Shown here: positions 1 to 10,310 of the stretch, in pieces
Layout of the letters: every line of letters starts with the position of its first letter
Position numbering within the stretch: position 1 is the stretch's first letter
Origin: Candidatus Latescibacterota bacterium
Lineage (GTDB): Bacteria > Latescibacterota > UBA2968
Assembly (NCBI GenBank): GCA_965204745.1
Contig: OZ242010.1
Location: 1,888,001 to 1,952,000, forward strand
Direction: 5' to 3'
Length of the DNA stretch: 64,000 bases
Notes under the pieces: generated by a model
Database searches by the model: none
What the model saw: only the letters and a program-made list of their open reading frames with translations
What the model was told of the DNA's origin: nothing
Program-made: the position numbers and the translations under genes

Positions 1-348
1 CTGGCGCCGGCAGAGGGTCGTGTGATCGGGCACGCGCAAAGCCACCCCCATCAACGCCAGGATGGACTTGAGAAACCCCTCGGTTTGACGCAGGGGCAAG
101 GCATAGACCAAGCGCAACATCAATGCCGTTTGAATAGCCAAATCTGAAAAGGTGTTTTGCCTCCCCCGTTGCGTTGGCCCTTGATGGTACCACCCCCGAA
201 GGGCTTGCGGCGTAATCCAAAACGTCAGACTGCCCCGTTGCTTGAGACCGGCCTCATAGGCCGCCCAGTTCCTAACCCGATAGACAGGCGCACAGCGCGG
301 GCGACGCGGGGACTTGACGGCGGTCTTGGAAGCGGCTATCTTGGGCAT
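1..348 (-). CDS. IS5/IS903-group transposase, N-terminal part
   Basis: Manual translation from ATG at 348 gives MPKIAASK...YRVRNWAAYEAGLKQRGSLTFW...FSDLAIQTALMLRLVYALPLRQTEGFL...VPDHTTLCRR, typical IS903-group motifs. Not in the ORF track because it runs off the window. Confidence 0.9.
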   Translation of the reverse strand, partial: MPKIAASKTAVKSPRRPRCAPVYRVRNWAAYEAGLKQRGSLTFWITPQALRGWYHQGPTQRGRQNTFSDLAIQTALMLRLVYALPLRQTEGFLKSILALMGVALRVPDHTTLCRRQ

Positions 349-466
349 GACAGGTTCCTGGTGAGAAAGGGTGAGTGGTTTTGGTGATCTATATGCCCAA
401 TCTACGAAGGAGCCTGTCTTTTTGCAATCCCAACTTGGAGGCAATAGCTATTTATGCAACAACGCC
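1..466 (-). mobile_element. IS5 family (IS903 group) insertion sequence, left end, truncated by window start
   Basis: Terminal IR GGCGTTGTTGCATAAAT on the minus strand ends at 466 and resembles the IS903 IR GGCTTTGTTGAATAAAT. A transposase N-terminus follows. Confidence 0.85.
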
Positions 467-503
467 GTTGTCAGTAGTCAGTTGTCAGTTGTCAGTTGTC
501 AGT
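467..503 (+). repeat. Heptamer tandem repeat (GTTGTCA)n abutting the IS end
   Basis: gttgtcagtagtcagttgtcagttgtcagttgtcagt. Confidence 0.85.
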
Positions 504-860
504 CCCCACCCAACCGCCCAACCACTTAGTTGGGATAAATCCAGCGGTCTTTCCATTGCCGCAGGCGGTGGAACTGCTGTTGTACTTTGCAGTAGCGGCT
601 CAGGATTTCGATGACCCGCAAGCGCAACATGAATTTGTGAAATTCCTCTTGCATGACGCCTCCTTATGTCCCCTTCCCGATCTGGGGAGGGGAGATTTTT
701 TTAGAAAAAAGAAAGTCTTTATTCCCCCAACCGCCCGTGCGTGCCCGTCCTCTCCACCTCTCCACCCGTGCGTGCCCAACACGGCCCCGCCCGTGCGTTC
801 TCTTTTTGTCTTCGGTGTTTATCTATTGGGGCCTACAACGAAGCGGAGCGAGTAACGAGG

Positions 861-2273
861 TTAGGGGGATAGGTCCCTTTTGCTCCGGTCCGATTCTCGG
901 TACCGATTCAGGAGATCGAGCAATTCTGCGGCGATCTCCGGTTTTTCGCGGTACAGGTTGTGCTGTTCCTCTGCGTCGCGGGCCATGTCGTAGAGTTGCA
1001 TGGGGGGCGCGTCTGCGGGCACATCTGCTTCTTTCAAACTCCAGCCGCCGGAACCGCGGCAGGCCACCAATTTCCACTGATCCTTGCGAATCGCAAATTC
1101 CCCGCTGATCGAATGATGTACAGTTGCCTCCCGAATCGTCTCGTCCTGCGCGCCCCGCATATACGGCGAGATGTCGTAGCTGTCTTCCCCTGCATCCCGC
1201 GGCAGATCGACGTTGCAAATCCCTGCGGCAGTTGCCAGCAAGTCCGTCAAGCACACGGTCTTGTCGCATTTTGACCCCGGCGCGATCACCCCCGGCCATG
1301 ACGCGATAAACGGGATGCGATGCCCGCCATCCCACGCATCGGATTTTTGCCCGCGGTAGATGTAATTTCCCAAGTGATCGTACTTCTCTTCCAGCCCTAT
1401 CGGCTCGGTGTGGCAACCGTTGTCGCTCGTCACAATAATCAGCGTATTCTCCGCCAAGCCATTGCGCCTTATCGCCGACACAATGCGCCCGATGCTCCAG
1501 TCGTGCTCGGTGACGTAATCGCCGTATTCGCCCGCCCGACTGCGCCCGGCAAACCGGTCGCGTGCAAAATGCGGCGTGTGTGGCGATGGCGCGGGAAAGT
1601 ACAAGAAGAACGGCTCGCCACCATTTTCCCTCGCGTGCTGATGGATAAACCCCTCGGCGCGAATCGTCAGTTCCAGCAAACACGTCTCGTGCGAAAACCC
1701 GGGCGCGCACGCACCCCCGCGCCAAAATGCGGGCCGGGGCGATCCCGCGATCTCCTCAACCGGTTGCTCCACCACCACTCCGTCTTCGATATAACAATAC
1801 GGCGGCATATCTAGAGACGCGGGAATGATGAACGAATAATCAAAGCCCACCTCGCGCGGGCCATGCGCCAAGGGCGCGGAAAAATCCACTGTTTCCCCGT
1901 TCACGGCCTCGGCCCCAACTTTCACCTGCCAGCCCAATCCCAAATGCCACTTGCCCACGCACGCCGTCGTATAGCCCTGCTCGCGCAACAGGGATGGCAC
2001 GGTCATGCGTCCAGCTTCGATCAGGGGTTCGGAATAGCCATTCAAAACCCCGCGCTTCAACCGCGACCGCCAGCAATAACGCCCGGTCAAAACGCCGTAG
2101 CGCGTGGGCGTACACACCGCCGAGTTGCTGTGTGCATCCGTAAAAATCATCCCTTCGGACGCCAGTTGGTCCGCGTGTGGCGTTGGAATTTTCGACTCGG
2201 GATTCAAATAACTCACATCGCCATAGCCCCAGTCATCGGCCAACAAATAGATAATATTTGGCTTGCGTGCCAT
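861..2273 (-). CDS. Arylsulfatase A-like sulfatase (Cys-type, formylglycine-dependent)
   Basis: KPNIIYLLADDWGYGD, CTPTR..LTGR, GKWHLG and SDNG motifs. Probable start MARKPN at 2273. Confidence 0.92.
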   Translation of the reverse strand: MARKPNIIYLLADDWGYGDVSYLNPESKIPTPHADQLASEGMIFTDAHSNSAVCTPTRYGVLTGRYCWRSRLKRGVLNGYSEPLIEAGRMTVPSLLREQGYTTACVGKWHLGLGWQVKVGAEAVNGETVDFSAPLAHGPREVGFDYSFIIPASLDMPPYCYIEDGVVVEQPVEEIAGSPRPAFWRGGACAPGFSHETCLLELTIRAEGFIHQHARENGGEPFFLYFPAPSPHTPHFARDRFAGRSRAGEYGDYVTEHDWSIGRIVSAIRRNGLAENTLIIVTSDNGCHTEPIGLEEKYDHLGNYIYRGQKSDAWDGGHRIPFIASWPGVIAPGSKCDKTVCLTDLLATAAGICNVDLPRDAGEDSYDISPYMRGAQDETIREATVHHSISGEFAIRKDQWKLVACRGSGGWSLKEADVPADAPPMQLYDMARDAEEQHNLYREKPEIAAELLDLLNRYRESDRSKRDLSP

Positions 2274-2384
2274 GCCAATTTCCTCCATGATATTTTGTTC
2301 ACTGCGCTTGTATCATAATACATTCATCGCTTGCTGTTCACAAGTTTCATTCCAATCGCCCCGTCCATTTCAGAGGCTTATGCC

Positions 2385-4823
2385 ATGGTTCTCACAGATG
2401 CCAGCGTTAGGCGGTCAGTCGCGGGAAAATGTCCCGTCCTGCTCGCTTGCTTACCGCTGCTCCTCGCGCTGTCAACGGTCTTTGTTTTTGGCCATGACCT
2501 GCGAAGCCACATAGAGCGTTCTTATAGTCACTCTGCCTTTACGCAGCATAAAATGACGATAGCCGCCAATCTGTCTTTGGATCACAACTTTCTGATGTTC
2601 TATGCCCAAACGCTCGAGGCAGATGGCACGGTTTCTTACGAACCGTATAATCGCCATCCCATAGGTGGTTATGTGCTCATCGTGCTGGCTATCCTGCCCT
2701 TTGGCGATGACTTGGCAGCCCAACTCTATGCGGCAAGGACGCTGATGTTGCTGTGCTTTGTTGCCACAGCACTGCTGGCGTATCTCTGCCTTTGCCGGCT
2801 GACACATCATCCATGGATCGCCGCAACCGCGACGCTCTTGGCATTTTCATCGTTCTATTGCTTGTTCTACAGCGATATGGTGGATAATGTATTGGGGATC
2901 GATCTGCTCGGGGTGATGCTGACTTTTCACGGGATGGTCATTTTCATTCGTGAGGGTCGCTTTCGGCAACTGCTGGTCAAGACGTGCATCGCGCTGTTTT
3001 TGGGCTGGCATGTCTATGCGTTGCTGTTGCCCTTTATCACACTCGGAGTGGCGCGAGAATGCCGAGGCAAGAGGCAAGAGGCAAGAGGCAAGAGGCAAGA
3101 GGCAAGAGGCAAGAGGCAAGAGGCGCGTTTAGCCCCTTGCAAGTTGAAATGCTACTTCCTGCTTCGCAGTCGCTATGTGTTGCTCGGCATTGTCGCATTG
3201 CTTTTGGGGTTGTCCTTGTTGACCTTTAATTTTGTCAATGAATACGTCGCGCTGAAAGGTGAGAAATCCCTGACGGAATTACCGTCTTTCCGGTCTATGA
3301 TATATCGCACGGGAATGGGTACCCAAGAAAATAGACCCCAGAACCCCTTGAAGTTGGGATTTTTCCTGCTAGGTCAATTTTCTCGCATTGGTGGGATGTC
3401 AACGCCGTATTTCATCCTGCCCTACCTCGGCGTGCCTAAGCCACCGAACTCTTACGTGCCGTTGTCCGTTGGTGTAGGCATTGGGGTGTTTGTTTCATGT
3501 CTGTTTGGGGTGTATTTCACGCGCCCGCGAATCCTTTGGGCGACCTTGGGTCTGTTTGGCTTCTGTTGGGCATTGCCCATGCGCCATCAAGTTAAACCGA
3601 ATGGGCATGAATTCGAGAGCGTATTTTACATCGGCCTGCCCCTGGTCTTCTTCTCGCTTATTCTGCTGTGCCTATCCCGCCGCTTCAAGACCCCGCCTTT
3701 GATGGTCGGCTTTGCGGGTGCTGCCCTGATCGTCTTTGTGCTTTCCAGTTTTCAGATGAGCCATTTCTATGCCCCCGATGCGACGCAACGCCAAAAGGTC
3801 GAACTGGCAGACGCGACAGCCATCCGCCGGTTAACGGCAGATGGCGACCTCATTTTTGTGCCGTTCTATGACTCACTTGATTCCATGCTATTATGGCAGA
3901 AGTTACGTTACTATTTGACGCGGAGGATCATTCATCCTCATTCTCTCACCGCAGAGGGCTTCACGGTGATGTTTGATCGCCTGGACACTGTACCCCCCTC
4001 GAGAGGGGCAAAACTTCCCGTGAAGACAGACGCGTTGCTCACGCCGAAAAACGAGCAGATATTCCTCTATGACTCCAAGAAATTGCTCGAGGAGTATCGG
4101 TATAAATATCAATGGGTCGTATCTGGCGAGTTGGTGGCGCGGTCAACCTTTGATGTGTATCGCGACGAGCATGTGTTGCATTACGTCAAAACGCCCTGTT
4201 CTGACGCGGACATGCAGACCGAATTCTTCTTGCACCTCTTTCCGGCAGACGAGAGATCTATTGCCTTCCACCGCAGGTGGCTTGGATATGACAACGAGGG
4301 CTTTAAGTTTTATGACCGCGGTTTGCGATTCGACGATAAATGCTTGGCGAGCATCGCGCTTCCGCACTACGATATCGCCCGGATTGAAACCGGGCCACTT
4401 CCCCCGGTCAAAGCAAGCAAAGAACGCGCTGATCATCCCGGGAGGCTCAAAGCGTATCGACAGGCATATCAACGGGCCGTGTCTGGTGAGCCTGTGGCGC
4501 GGTCAATTTTCGATGTGTATCGCGATGAGCGCACGTTGTATTACGTCAAAAGTCCCTGTTCTGATGCGGACGTGAAATTTCGATTCTTCTTACACCTCTT
4601 TCCCGCAGACGCGAAGGAGCTTCCCAGCCACCGCAGGCAGTATGGATATGACAACTACGACTTTGATTTTTCTTCGTACGGCCTGCGGTTCGATGACAAA
4701 TGCTTGGCGGGCATCGCGCTTCCGCACTATGCCATCGCTCGTATTGAAACGGGGCGGGTCCACTGGAACAGCGGCGGCAACCACTGGGAGGCTAAAATTT
4801 TTCTCGACGAACAGTCAAAGTAG
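2385..4823 (+). CDS. Array paralog 1: polytopic membrane (GT-C-like) protein with 2 C-terminal ~110-aa repeats and an in-frame heptamer insertion
   Basis: ATG at 2385 follows the same spacer-like sequence as the other copies. Many hydrophobic segments, then repeats VVSG.ARSTFDVYRDE..LYYVKSPC...FFLH.FP...RFDDKCLA.IALPHY.IARIETG. Function is inferred. Confidence 0.85.
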   Translation: MVLTDASVRRSVAGKCPVLLACLPLLLALSTVFVFGHDLRSHIERSYSHSAFTQHKMTIAANLSLDHNFLMFYAQTLEADGTVSYEPYNRHPIGGYVLIVLAILPFGDDLAAQLYAARTLMLLCFVATALLAYLCLCRLTHHPWIAATATLLAFSSFYCLFYSDMVDNVLGIDLLGVMLTFHGMVIFIREGRFRQLLVKTCIALFLGWHVYALLLPFITLGVARECRGKRQEARGKRQEARGKRQEARLAPCKLKCYFLLRSRYVLLGIVALLLGLSLLTFNFVNEYVALKGEKSLTELPSFRSMIYRTGMGTQENRPQNPLKLGFFLLGQFSRIGGMSTPYFILPYLGVPKPPNSYVPLSVGVGIGVFVSCLFGVYFTRPRILWATLGLFGFCWALPMRHQVKPNGHEFESVFYIGLPLVFFSLILLCLSRRFKTPPLMVGFAGAALIVFVLSSFQMSHFYAPDATQRQKVELADATAIRRLTADGDLIFVPFYDSLDSMLLWQKLRYYLTRRIIHPHSLTAEGFTVMFDRLDTVPPSRGAKLPVKTDALLTPKNEQIFLYDSKKLLEEYRYKYQWVVSGELVARSTFDVYRDEHVLHYVKTPCSDADMQTEFFLHLFPADERSIAFHRRWLGYDNEGFKFYDRGLRFDDKCLASIALPHYDIARIETGPLPPVKASKERADHPGRLKAYRQAYQRAVSGEPVARSIFDVYRDERTLYYVKSPCSDADVKFRFFLHLFPADAKELPSHRRQYGYDNYDFDFSSYGLRFDDKCLAGIALPHYAIARIETGRVHWNSGGNHWEAKIFLDEQSK
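3064..3124 (+). repeat. (GAGGCAA)8 tract inside paralog 1
   Basis: Eight perfect units plus a partial unit, translated as RGKRQEA repeats. Absent from the other 11 paralogs. Confidence 0.95.
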
Positions 4824-4852
4824 ATCCCCTATCCATTTCAGAGGCTTAGGCC

Positions 4853-7546
4853 ATGATTCTCATTCCATCGGAAGCAAGCGTTAGGCGGTCAGTGGTGGGC
4901 AAACGTCCCGTTTTGCTCGCATGCTTACCACTTCTCCTCGCGCTGTCAACGGTCTTTGTTTTTGGGCATGACCTGCGAAGTCACATAGAGCGTTCTCATA
5001 CTCACTCTATCCCTACGCATCATAGAATGGCGATAGCCGCCAATCTGTCTTTGGATCACAACTTCTTGCAGTTCTATCTCCAAACGCTCGAGGCAGATGG
5101 CACGGTTTCTTACGAACCGTATAATCGCTTTCCCATAGGTGGGCATGGGCTCATTGCGCTGGCTATCCTGCCCTTTGGCGATGACTTGGCAAGCCAACTC
5201 TATGCGGCCAGGACCCTGATGTTGCTGTGCTTTGTTGCCACAGCACTGCTGGCGTATCTCTGCCTTTGCCGGCTGACACATCATCCATGGATCGCCGCAA
5301 CCGCGACGCTCTTGGCGTTCTCATCGTTCTATTGCTTGTTCTATAGCGATATGGTGCATAATGAAGCGGGGATCGATCTGCTCGGGGTGATGCTGACCTT
5401 CCACGGGATGGTCATTTTCTTATGTGAGGGGCGTTTTCGGCAACTGCTGGTCAAGACGTGCATCGCGCTGTTTTTGGGCTGGCATGTCTATGCGTTGCTG
5501 TTGCCCTTTATCGCGCTCGGAGTGGTGCGCGAATGCCTCCACATGCGTTCAGTCCCTTTCAAGTTGAAGTGCTCCTGCCTGCTTCGCAGTCGCTATGTGT
5601 TGCTCGGCATTGTCGCATTGCTGTTTGGTTTGTCCTTATTGGCCTTTAATTTTGTCAATGAATACGTCGCGCTGAAAGGTGAGAAATCCCTGACGGAATT
5701 ACCGTCTTTCCGGTCTATGATATATCGCACGGGAATGGGTACCCCAGAAGATCGCCCTTCGCGCCCCTTGAAGTGGGATTCCTTCCTGCGAGGTCAATTC
5801 TCTCGCATTGGTGGGATGTCAACGCCGTATTTTATTTTTCCCTGCTTTGGCGTGCTTAGGCCACCGCAATCTTACGTGCCCTTGTCCGTTGGTGTGGGCA
5901 TTGGGGTGTCTATTGCGTGTCTGTTTGGGGTGTATTTCACGCGCCCGAGAATCCTTTGGGCGACCTTGATTCTGTTTGGCTTCTGTTGGACATTGCCCAT
6001 ACGCCATAACGTTAAAATGCTTGGCCATGAATTCGAGAGCGTGTTTTACATCGGCCTGCCCCTGGTCTTCTTCTCGCTTATTCTGCTGTGTCTATCCCGA
6101 CGCTTCAAGACCCCTCCCTTGATGGTCGGCTTTGCGGGTGTTGCGCTGATCATCTTTGTGCTTTCCAGTTTTCAGATGAGCCATTTCTATGCCCCCGATG
6201 CGACGCAACGCCAAAAGGTCGAGCTATCGGACATTGCAGCCATCCGCCGGTTAACGGCAGATGGCGACCTCATTTTTGTGCCGTTCTATGACCCACCTGA
6301 TTTAAATCGGACGTCGCGAGCTTACGAGAGGGCGAAGAGAAATTACTATTGGTCGCGGAGGATCATTCACACTCATTCTCTCCCCGCAGAGGGCTTCACG
6401 ATGATGTACGATCGTCTGGAGACAGACGCACTGCTCACGCCGAAAAACGAGCGGATATTTCTTTATGACTCCAAGAAATTGCTCAAAGCGTATCGGCAGG
6501 CAGTCGTGTCTGGCGAGCTCGTGGCGCGGTCAACCTTTGATGTGTATCGCGATGAGCGTGCGGTGCATTACGTCAAAAGTCCCTGTTCTGACGCGGACAT
6601 GCAGACCAAATTCTTCTTGCACATCTTTCCGACAGACGCGAGATCGATTCCCGTCCGCTGCAGGTGGCTTGGATATGACAACGAGGTCTTTAAGTTTCAG
6701 GATCGCGGTCTGCGGTTCGATGACAAATGCTTGGCGAGCATCGCGCTTCCGCACTACGATATCGCCCGGATTGAAACCGGGTCACTTTCCCGCGATTCCG
6801 ATCCAGAGCGGCTCGAGGTGTATCGGCAGGCATATCAGCGGGTCGTGTCTGGCGAGGTGGTGGCGCGGTCAACCTTCGATGTGTATCGCGATGAGCGCAC
6901 GTTGTATTACGTCAAAAGTCCCTGTTCTGATGCGGACGTGAAATTTCGATTCTTCTTGCACATCTTTCCCGCAGACGCGAAGGAGCTTCCCGTCCATCGC
7001 AGGCCGTATGGATATGACAACTACGACTTTGATTTTTCTTCGCAAGGTCAGCGGTTCGATGACAAATGCTTGGCGGGCATCGCGCTTCCGCATTACGATA
7101 TCGCCCGGATTGAAACCGGGCCACTTTCCCCCGGTCAAAGCAATGAACGCGCTGATGATCCCGGCAGGCTCGAGGTGTATCGGCAGGTTTATCAACGGGT
7201 CGTGTCTGGCGTGCCTGTGGCGCGGTCAATTTTCGATGTGTATCGCGATGAGCGCACATTGTATTACGTCAAAAGTCCCTGTTCTGATGCGGATGTGAAA
7301 TTACAATTCTTCTTACACCTCTTTCCGGCAGACGCGAAGGAGCTTCCCAGCCGTCGCTGGCAGTGGGGGTATAACAACGACAACTTTTCTTTTGTTGATC
7401 AAGGTCAGCGGTTCGATGACAAATGCTTGGCGAGCATCGCGCTTCCGCACTATGCCATCGCTCGTATTGAAACGGGTCAGTTCCATTGGAACAGCGGTGG
7501 CAAACACTGGGAGGCTAAAATTTTTTTCGACGAACAATCAAAGTAG
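4853..7546 (+). CDS. Array paralog 2 (3 C-terminal repeats)
   Basis: 897 aa ORF collinear with the other copies. Confidence 0.88.
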   Translation: MILIPSEASVRRSVVGKRPVLLACLPLLLALSTVFVFGHDLRSHIERSHTHSIPTHHRMAIAANLSLDHNFLQFYLQTLEADGTVSYEPYNRFPIGGHGLIALAILPFGDDLASQLYAARTLMLLCFVATALLAYLCLCRLTHHPWIAATATLLAFSSFYCLFYSDMVHNEAGIDLLGVMLTFHGMVIFLCEGRFRQLLVKTCIALFLGWHVYALLLPFIALGVVRECLHMRSVPFKLKCSCLLRSRYVLLGIVALLFGLSLLAFNFVNEYVALKGEKSLTELPSFRSMIYRTGMGTPEDRPSRPLKWDSFLRGQFSRIGGMSTPYFIFPCFGVLRPPQSYVPLSVGVGIGVSIACLFGVYFTRPRILWATLILFGFCWTLPIRHNVKMLGHEFESVFYIGLPLVFFSLILLCLSRRFKTPPLMVGFAGVALIIFVLSSFQMSHFYAPDATQRQKVELSDIAAIRRLTADGDLIFVPFYDPPDLNRTSRAYERAKRNYYWSRRIIHTHSLPAEGFTMMYDRLETDALLTPKNERIFLYDSKKLLKAYRQAVVSGELVARSTFDVYRDERAVHYVKSPCSDADMQTKFFLHIFPTDARSIPVRCRWLGYDNEVFKFQDRGLRFDDKCLASIALPHYDIARIETGSLSRDSDPERLEVYRQAYQRVVSGEVVARSTFDVYRDERTLYYVKSPCSDADVKFRFFLHIFPADAKELPVHRRPYGYDNYDFDFSSQGQRFDDKCLAGIALPHYDIARIETGPLSPGQSNERADDPGRLEVYRQVYQRVVSGVPVARSIFDVYRDERTLYYVKSPCSDADVKLQFFLHLFPADAKELPSRRWQWGYNNDNFSFVDQGQRFDDKCLASIALPHYAIARIETGQFHWNSGGKHWEAKIFFDEQSK

Positions 7547-7575
7547 ATCCCCTATCCATTTGGGAGGCTTAGGCC

Positions 7576-10281
7576 ATGATTCTCATTTTATCGGAGGCAA
7601 GCGTTAGGCGGTCAGTGGCGGGCAAATGTCCCGTTCTGCTCGCTTGCTTACCGCTGCTCCTCGCGCTGTCAACGGTCTTTGTTTTTGGGCATGACCTGCG
7701 AAGTCACATAGAGCGTTCTCATAGTCACTCTGTCCTTACGCATCATAGAATGTCGATAGCCGCCAATCTGTCTTTGGATCACAACTTCTTGCAGTTCTAT
7801 CTCCAAACGCTCGGGGCAGATGGCACGGTTTTTTACGACTGGCTGTACAATCGCTTTCCCATAGGTGGGCATGGGCTCATTGCGCTGGCTATCCTGCCCT
7901 TTGGCGATGACTTGGCAAGCCAACTCTATGCGGCCAGGACCCTGATGTTGCTGTGCTTTGTTGCCACAGCACTGCTGGCGTATCTCTGCCTTTGTCGGCT
8001 GACACATCATCCATGGATCGCCGCAACCGCGACGCTCTTGGCGTTCTCATCGTTCTATTGCTTGTACTACGCCGATATGGTCATGAATGAAACGGGGATC
8101 GACCTGCTTGGGGTAATGTTGACCTTTCACGGGATGGTCATTTTCTTATGTGAGGGTCGCTTTCGGCAACTGCTGGTCAAGACGTGCATCGCGCTGTTTT
8201 TGGGCTGGCATGTCTATGCGTTGCTGTTGCCCTTTATCGCGCTCGGATTGGTGCGCGAATGCCTCCACATGCGTTCAGCTCCTTTCAAACTGAAGTGCTC
8301 CCGCCTGCTTCGCAGTCGCTATGTGTTGCTCGGCATTGTCGCATTGCTTTTGGGGTTGTCCTTGTTGACCTTTAATTTTGTCAATGAGTACGTCGCGCTG
8401 AAAGGTGAGAAATCCCTGACGGAATTACCGTCTTTCCGGTCTATGATATATCGCATGGGAATAGGTACCCCAGAAAATCGCCCTTCGCGCCCCTTGAAGT
8501 GGGATTTCTTCCTGCTAGATCAATTCTCTCGCATTGGTGGGATGTCAACGCCGTATTTCATCCTGCCCTCTCTCGGCGCACTTAGGCCCCCAGAGTCTTA
8601 CGTGCCTTTGTCCGTTGGCGTGGGCATTGGGGTGTTTGTTGCGTGTCTGTTTGGGGTGTATTTCACGCGCCCGCGAATCCTTTGGGCGACCTTGGTTCTA
8701 TTTGGCTTCTGTTGGGCATTGCCCATGCGCTATAACGTTGAAGCACCTAACCATAGTTTCGAGAGCGTGTTTTACATCGGCCTGCCTCTGGTCTTCTTCT
8801 CGCTTATTCTGCTGTGCCTATCCCGCCGCTTCAAGACCCCGCTTTTGATGGTCGGCTTTGCGGGTGCTGCACTGATCATCTTTGTGCTTTCCAGTTTTCA
8901 GATGAGCCGCTTCTATGCCCCCGATGCGACGCAACGCCAAAAGGTCGAGCTATCGGACGTTACAGCCATCCGCCGGTTAACGGCAGATGGCGACCTCATT
9001 TTTATACCGTTCTCTGACCCACCTGATTTAAATCGGACGTCGCGACCTTACGAGAAGGCGAAGCAAAATTACTATTGGTCGCGGAGGATCATTCACTTTC
9101 ATTCTCTCCCCGCAGAGGGCTTCACAGTGATGTACGATCGCCTGGAGACAGACGCACTGCTCACGCCGAAAAACGATCGGATATTCCTTTATGACTCCAA
9201 GAAATTGCTCAAAGCGTATCGGCAGGCATATCAGCGGGTCGTGTCTGGCGAGTTCGTGGCGCGGTCAACCTTTGATGTTTATCGCGACGAGCATGCGTTG
9301 CATTACGTCAAAAGTCCCTGTTCTGATGCGGACATGCAGACCAAATTCTTCTTGCACCTCTTTCCGACAGACGCGAGATCGATTCCCGTCCGCCGCAGGT
9401 GGCTTGGATATAACGACAAAATTTTTAATTTTCAGGATCGCGGTCTGCGGTTCGATGACAAATGCTTGGCGAGCATCGCGCTTCCGCACTACGACATCGC
9501 CCGGATTGAAACCGGGTCACTTTCCCGCGATTCCGATCCAGAGCGGCTCGAGGTGTATCGGCAGGCATATCAGCGGGTCGTGTCTGGCGCGCCTGTGGCG
9601 CGGTCAATTTTCGATGTGTATCGCGATGAGCACATGTTGTATTACGTCAAAAGTCCCTGTTCTGATGCGGACGTAAAATTACGATTCTTCTTGCACATCT
9701 TTCCCTCAGACGCGAAGGAGCTTCCCGTCCACCGCAGGCAGTATGGATATGACAACTACGACTTTGATTTTTCTTTTCAAGGTCAGCGGTTCGATGACAA
9801 ATGCTTGGCGGGCATCGCGCTTCCGCCTTACGATATCGCCCGGATTGAAACCGGATCACTTTCCCCCGGTCAAAGCAAAGAACGCGCTGATGATCCCGGC
9901 AGGCTCGAGGTGTATCGGCAGGTATATCAGCGGGTCGTATCTGGCGCGCCTGTGGCGCGGTCAACCTTCGATGTGTATCGCGATGATCGCACGTTGTATT
10001 ACGTCAAAAGTCCCTGTTCTGATGCGGATGTGAAATTACAATTCTTCTTGCACATCTTTCCTGCAGACGCGAAGGAGCTTCCCAGCCGTCGCTGGCAGTG
10101 GGGGTATAACAACGACAACTTTTCTTTTGTTGATCAAGGTCAGCGGTTCGATGACAAATGCTTGGCGAGCATCGCGCTTCCGCACTATGCCATCGCTCGT
10201 ATTGAAACGGGTCAGTTCCATTGGAACAGCGGTGGCAAACACTGGGAGGCTAAAATTTTTTTCGACGAACAATCAAAGTAG
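7576..10281 (+). CDS. Array paralog 3 (3 C-terminal repeats)
   Basis: 901 aa ORF collinear with the other copies. Confidence 0.88.
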   Translation: MILILSEASVRRSVAGKCPVLLACLPLLLALSTVFVFGHDLRSHIERSHSHSVLTHHRMSIAANLSLDHNFLQFYLQTLGADGTVFYDWLYNRFPIGGHGLIALAILPFGDDLASQLYAARTLMLLCFVATALLAYLCLCRLTHHPWIAATATLLAFSSFYCLYYADMVMNETGIDLLGVMLTFHGMVIFLCEGRFRQLLVKTCIALFLGWHVYALLLPFIALGLVRECLHMRSAPFKLKCSRLLRSRYVLLGIVALLLGLSLLTFNFVNEYVALKGEKSLTELPSFRSMIYRMGIGTPENRPSRPLKWDFFLLDQFSRIGGMSTPYFILPSLGALRPPESYVPLSVGVGIGVFVACLFGVYFTRPRILWATLVLFGFCWALPMRYNVEAPNHSFESVFYIGLPLVFFSLILLCLSRRFKTPLLMVGFAGAALIIFVLSSFQMSRFYAPDATQRQKVELSDVTAIRRLTADGDLIFIPFSDPPDLNRTSRPYEKAKQNYYWSRRIIHFHSLPAEGFTVMYDRLETDALLTPKNDRIFLYDSKKLLKAYRQAYQRVVSGEFVARSTFDVYRDEHALHYVKSPCSDADMQTKFFLHLFPTDARSIPVRRRWLGYNDKIFNFQDRGLRFDDKCLASIALPHYDIARIETGSLSRDSDPERLEVYRQAYQRVVSGAPVARSIFDVYRDEHMLYYVKSPCSDADVKLRFFLHIFPSDAKELPVHRRQYGYDNYDFDFSFQGQRFDDKCLAGIALPPYDIARIETGSLSPGQSKERADDPGRLEVYRQVYQRVVSGAPVARSTFDVYRDDRTLYYVKSPCSDADVKLQFFLHIFPADAKELPSRRWQWGYNNDNFSFVDQGQRFDDKCLASIALPHYAIARIETGQFHWNSGGKHWEAKIFFDEQSK

Positions 10282-10310
10282 ATCCCCTATCCATTTGGGA
10301 GGCTTAGGCC

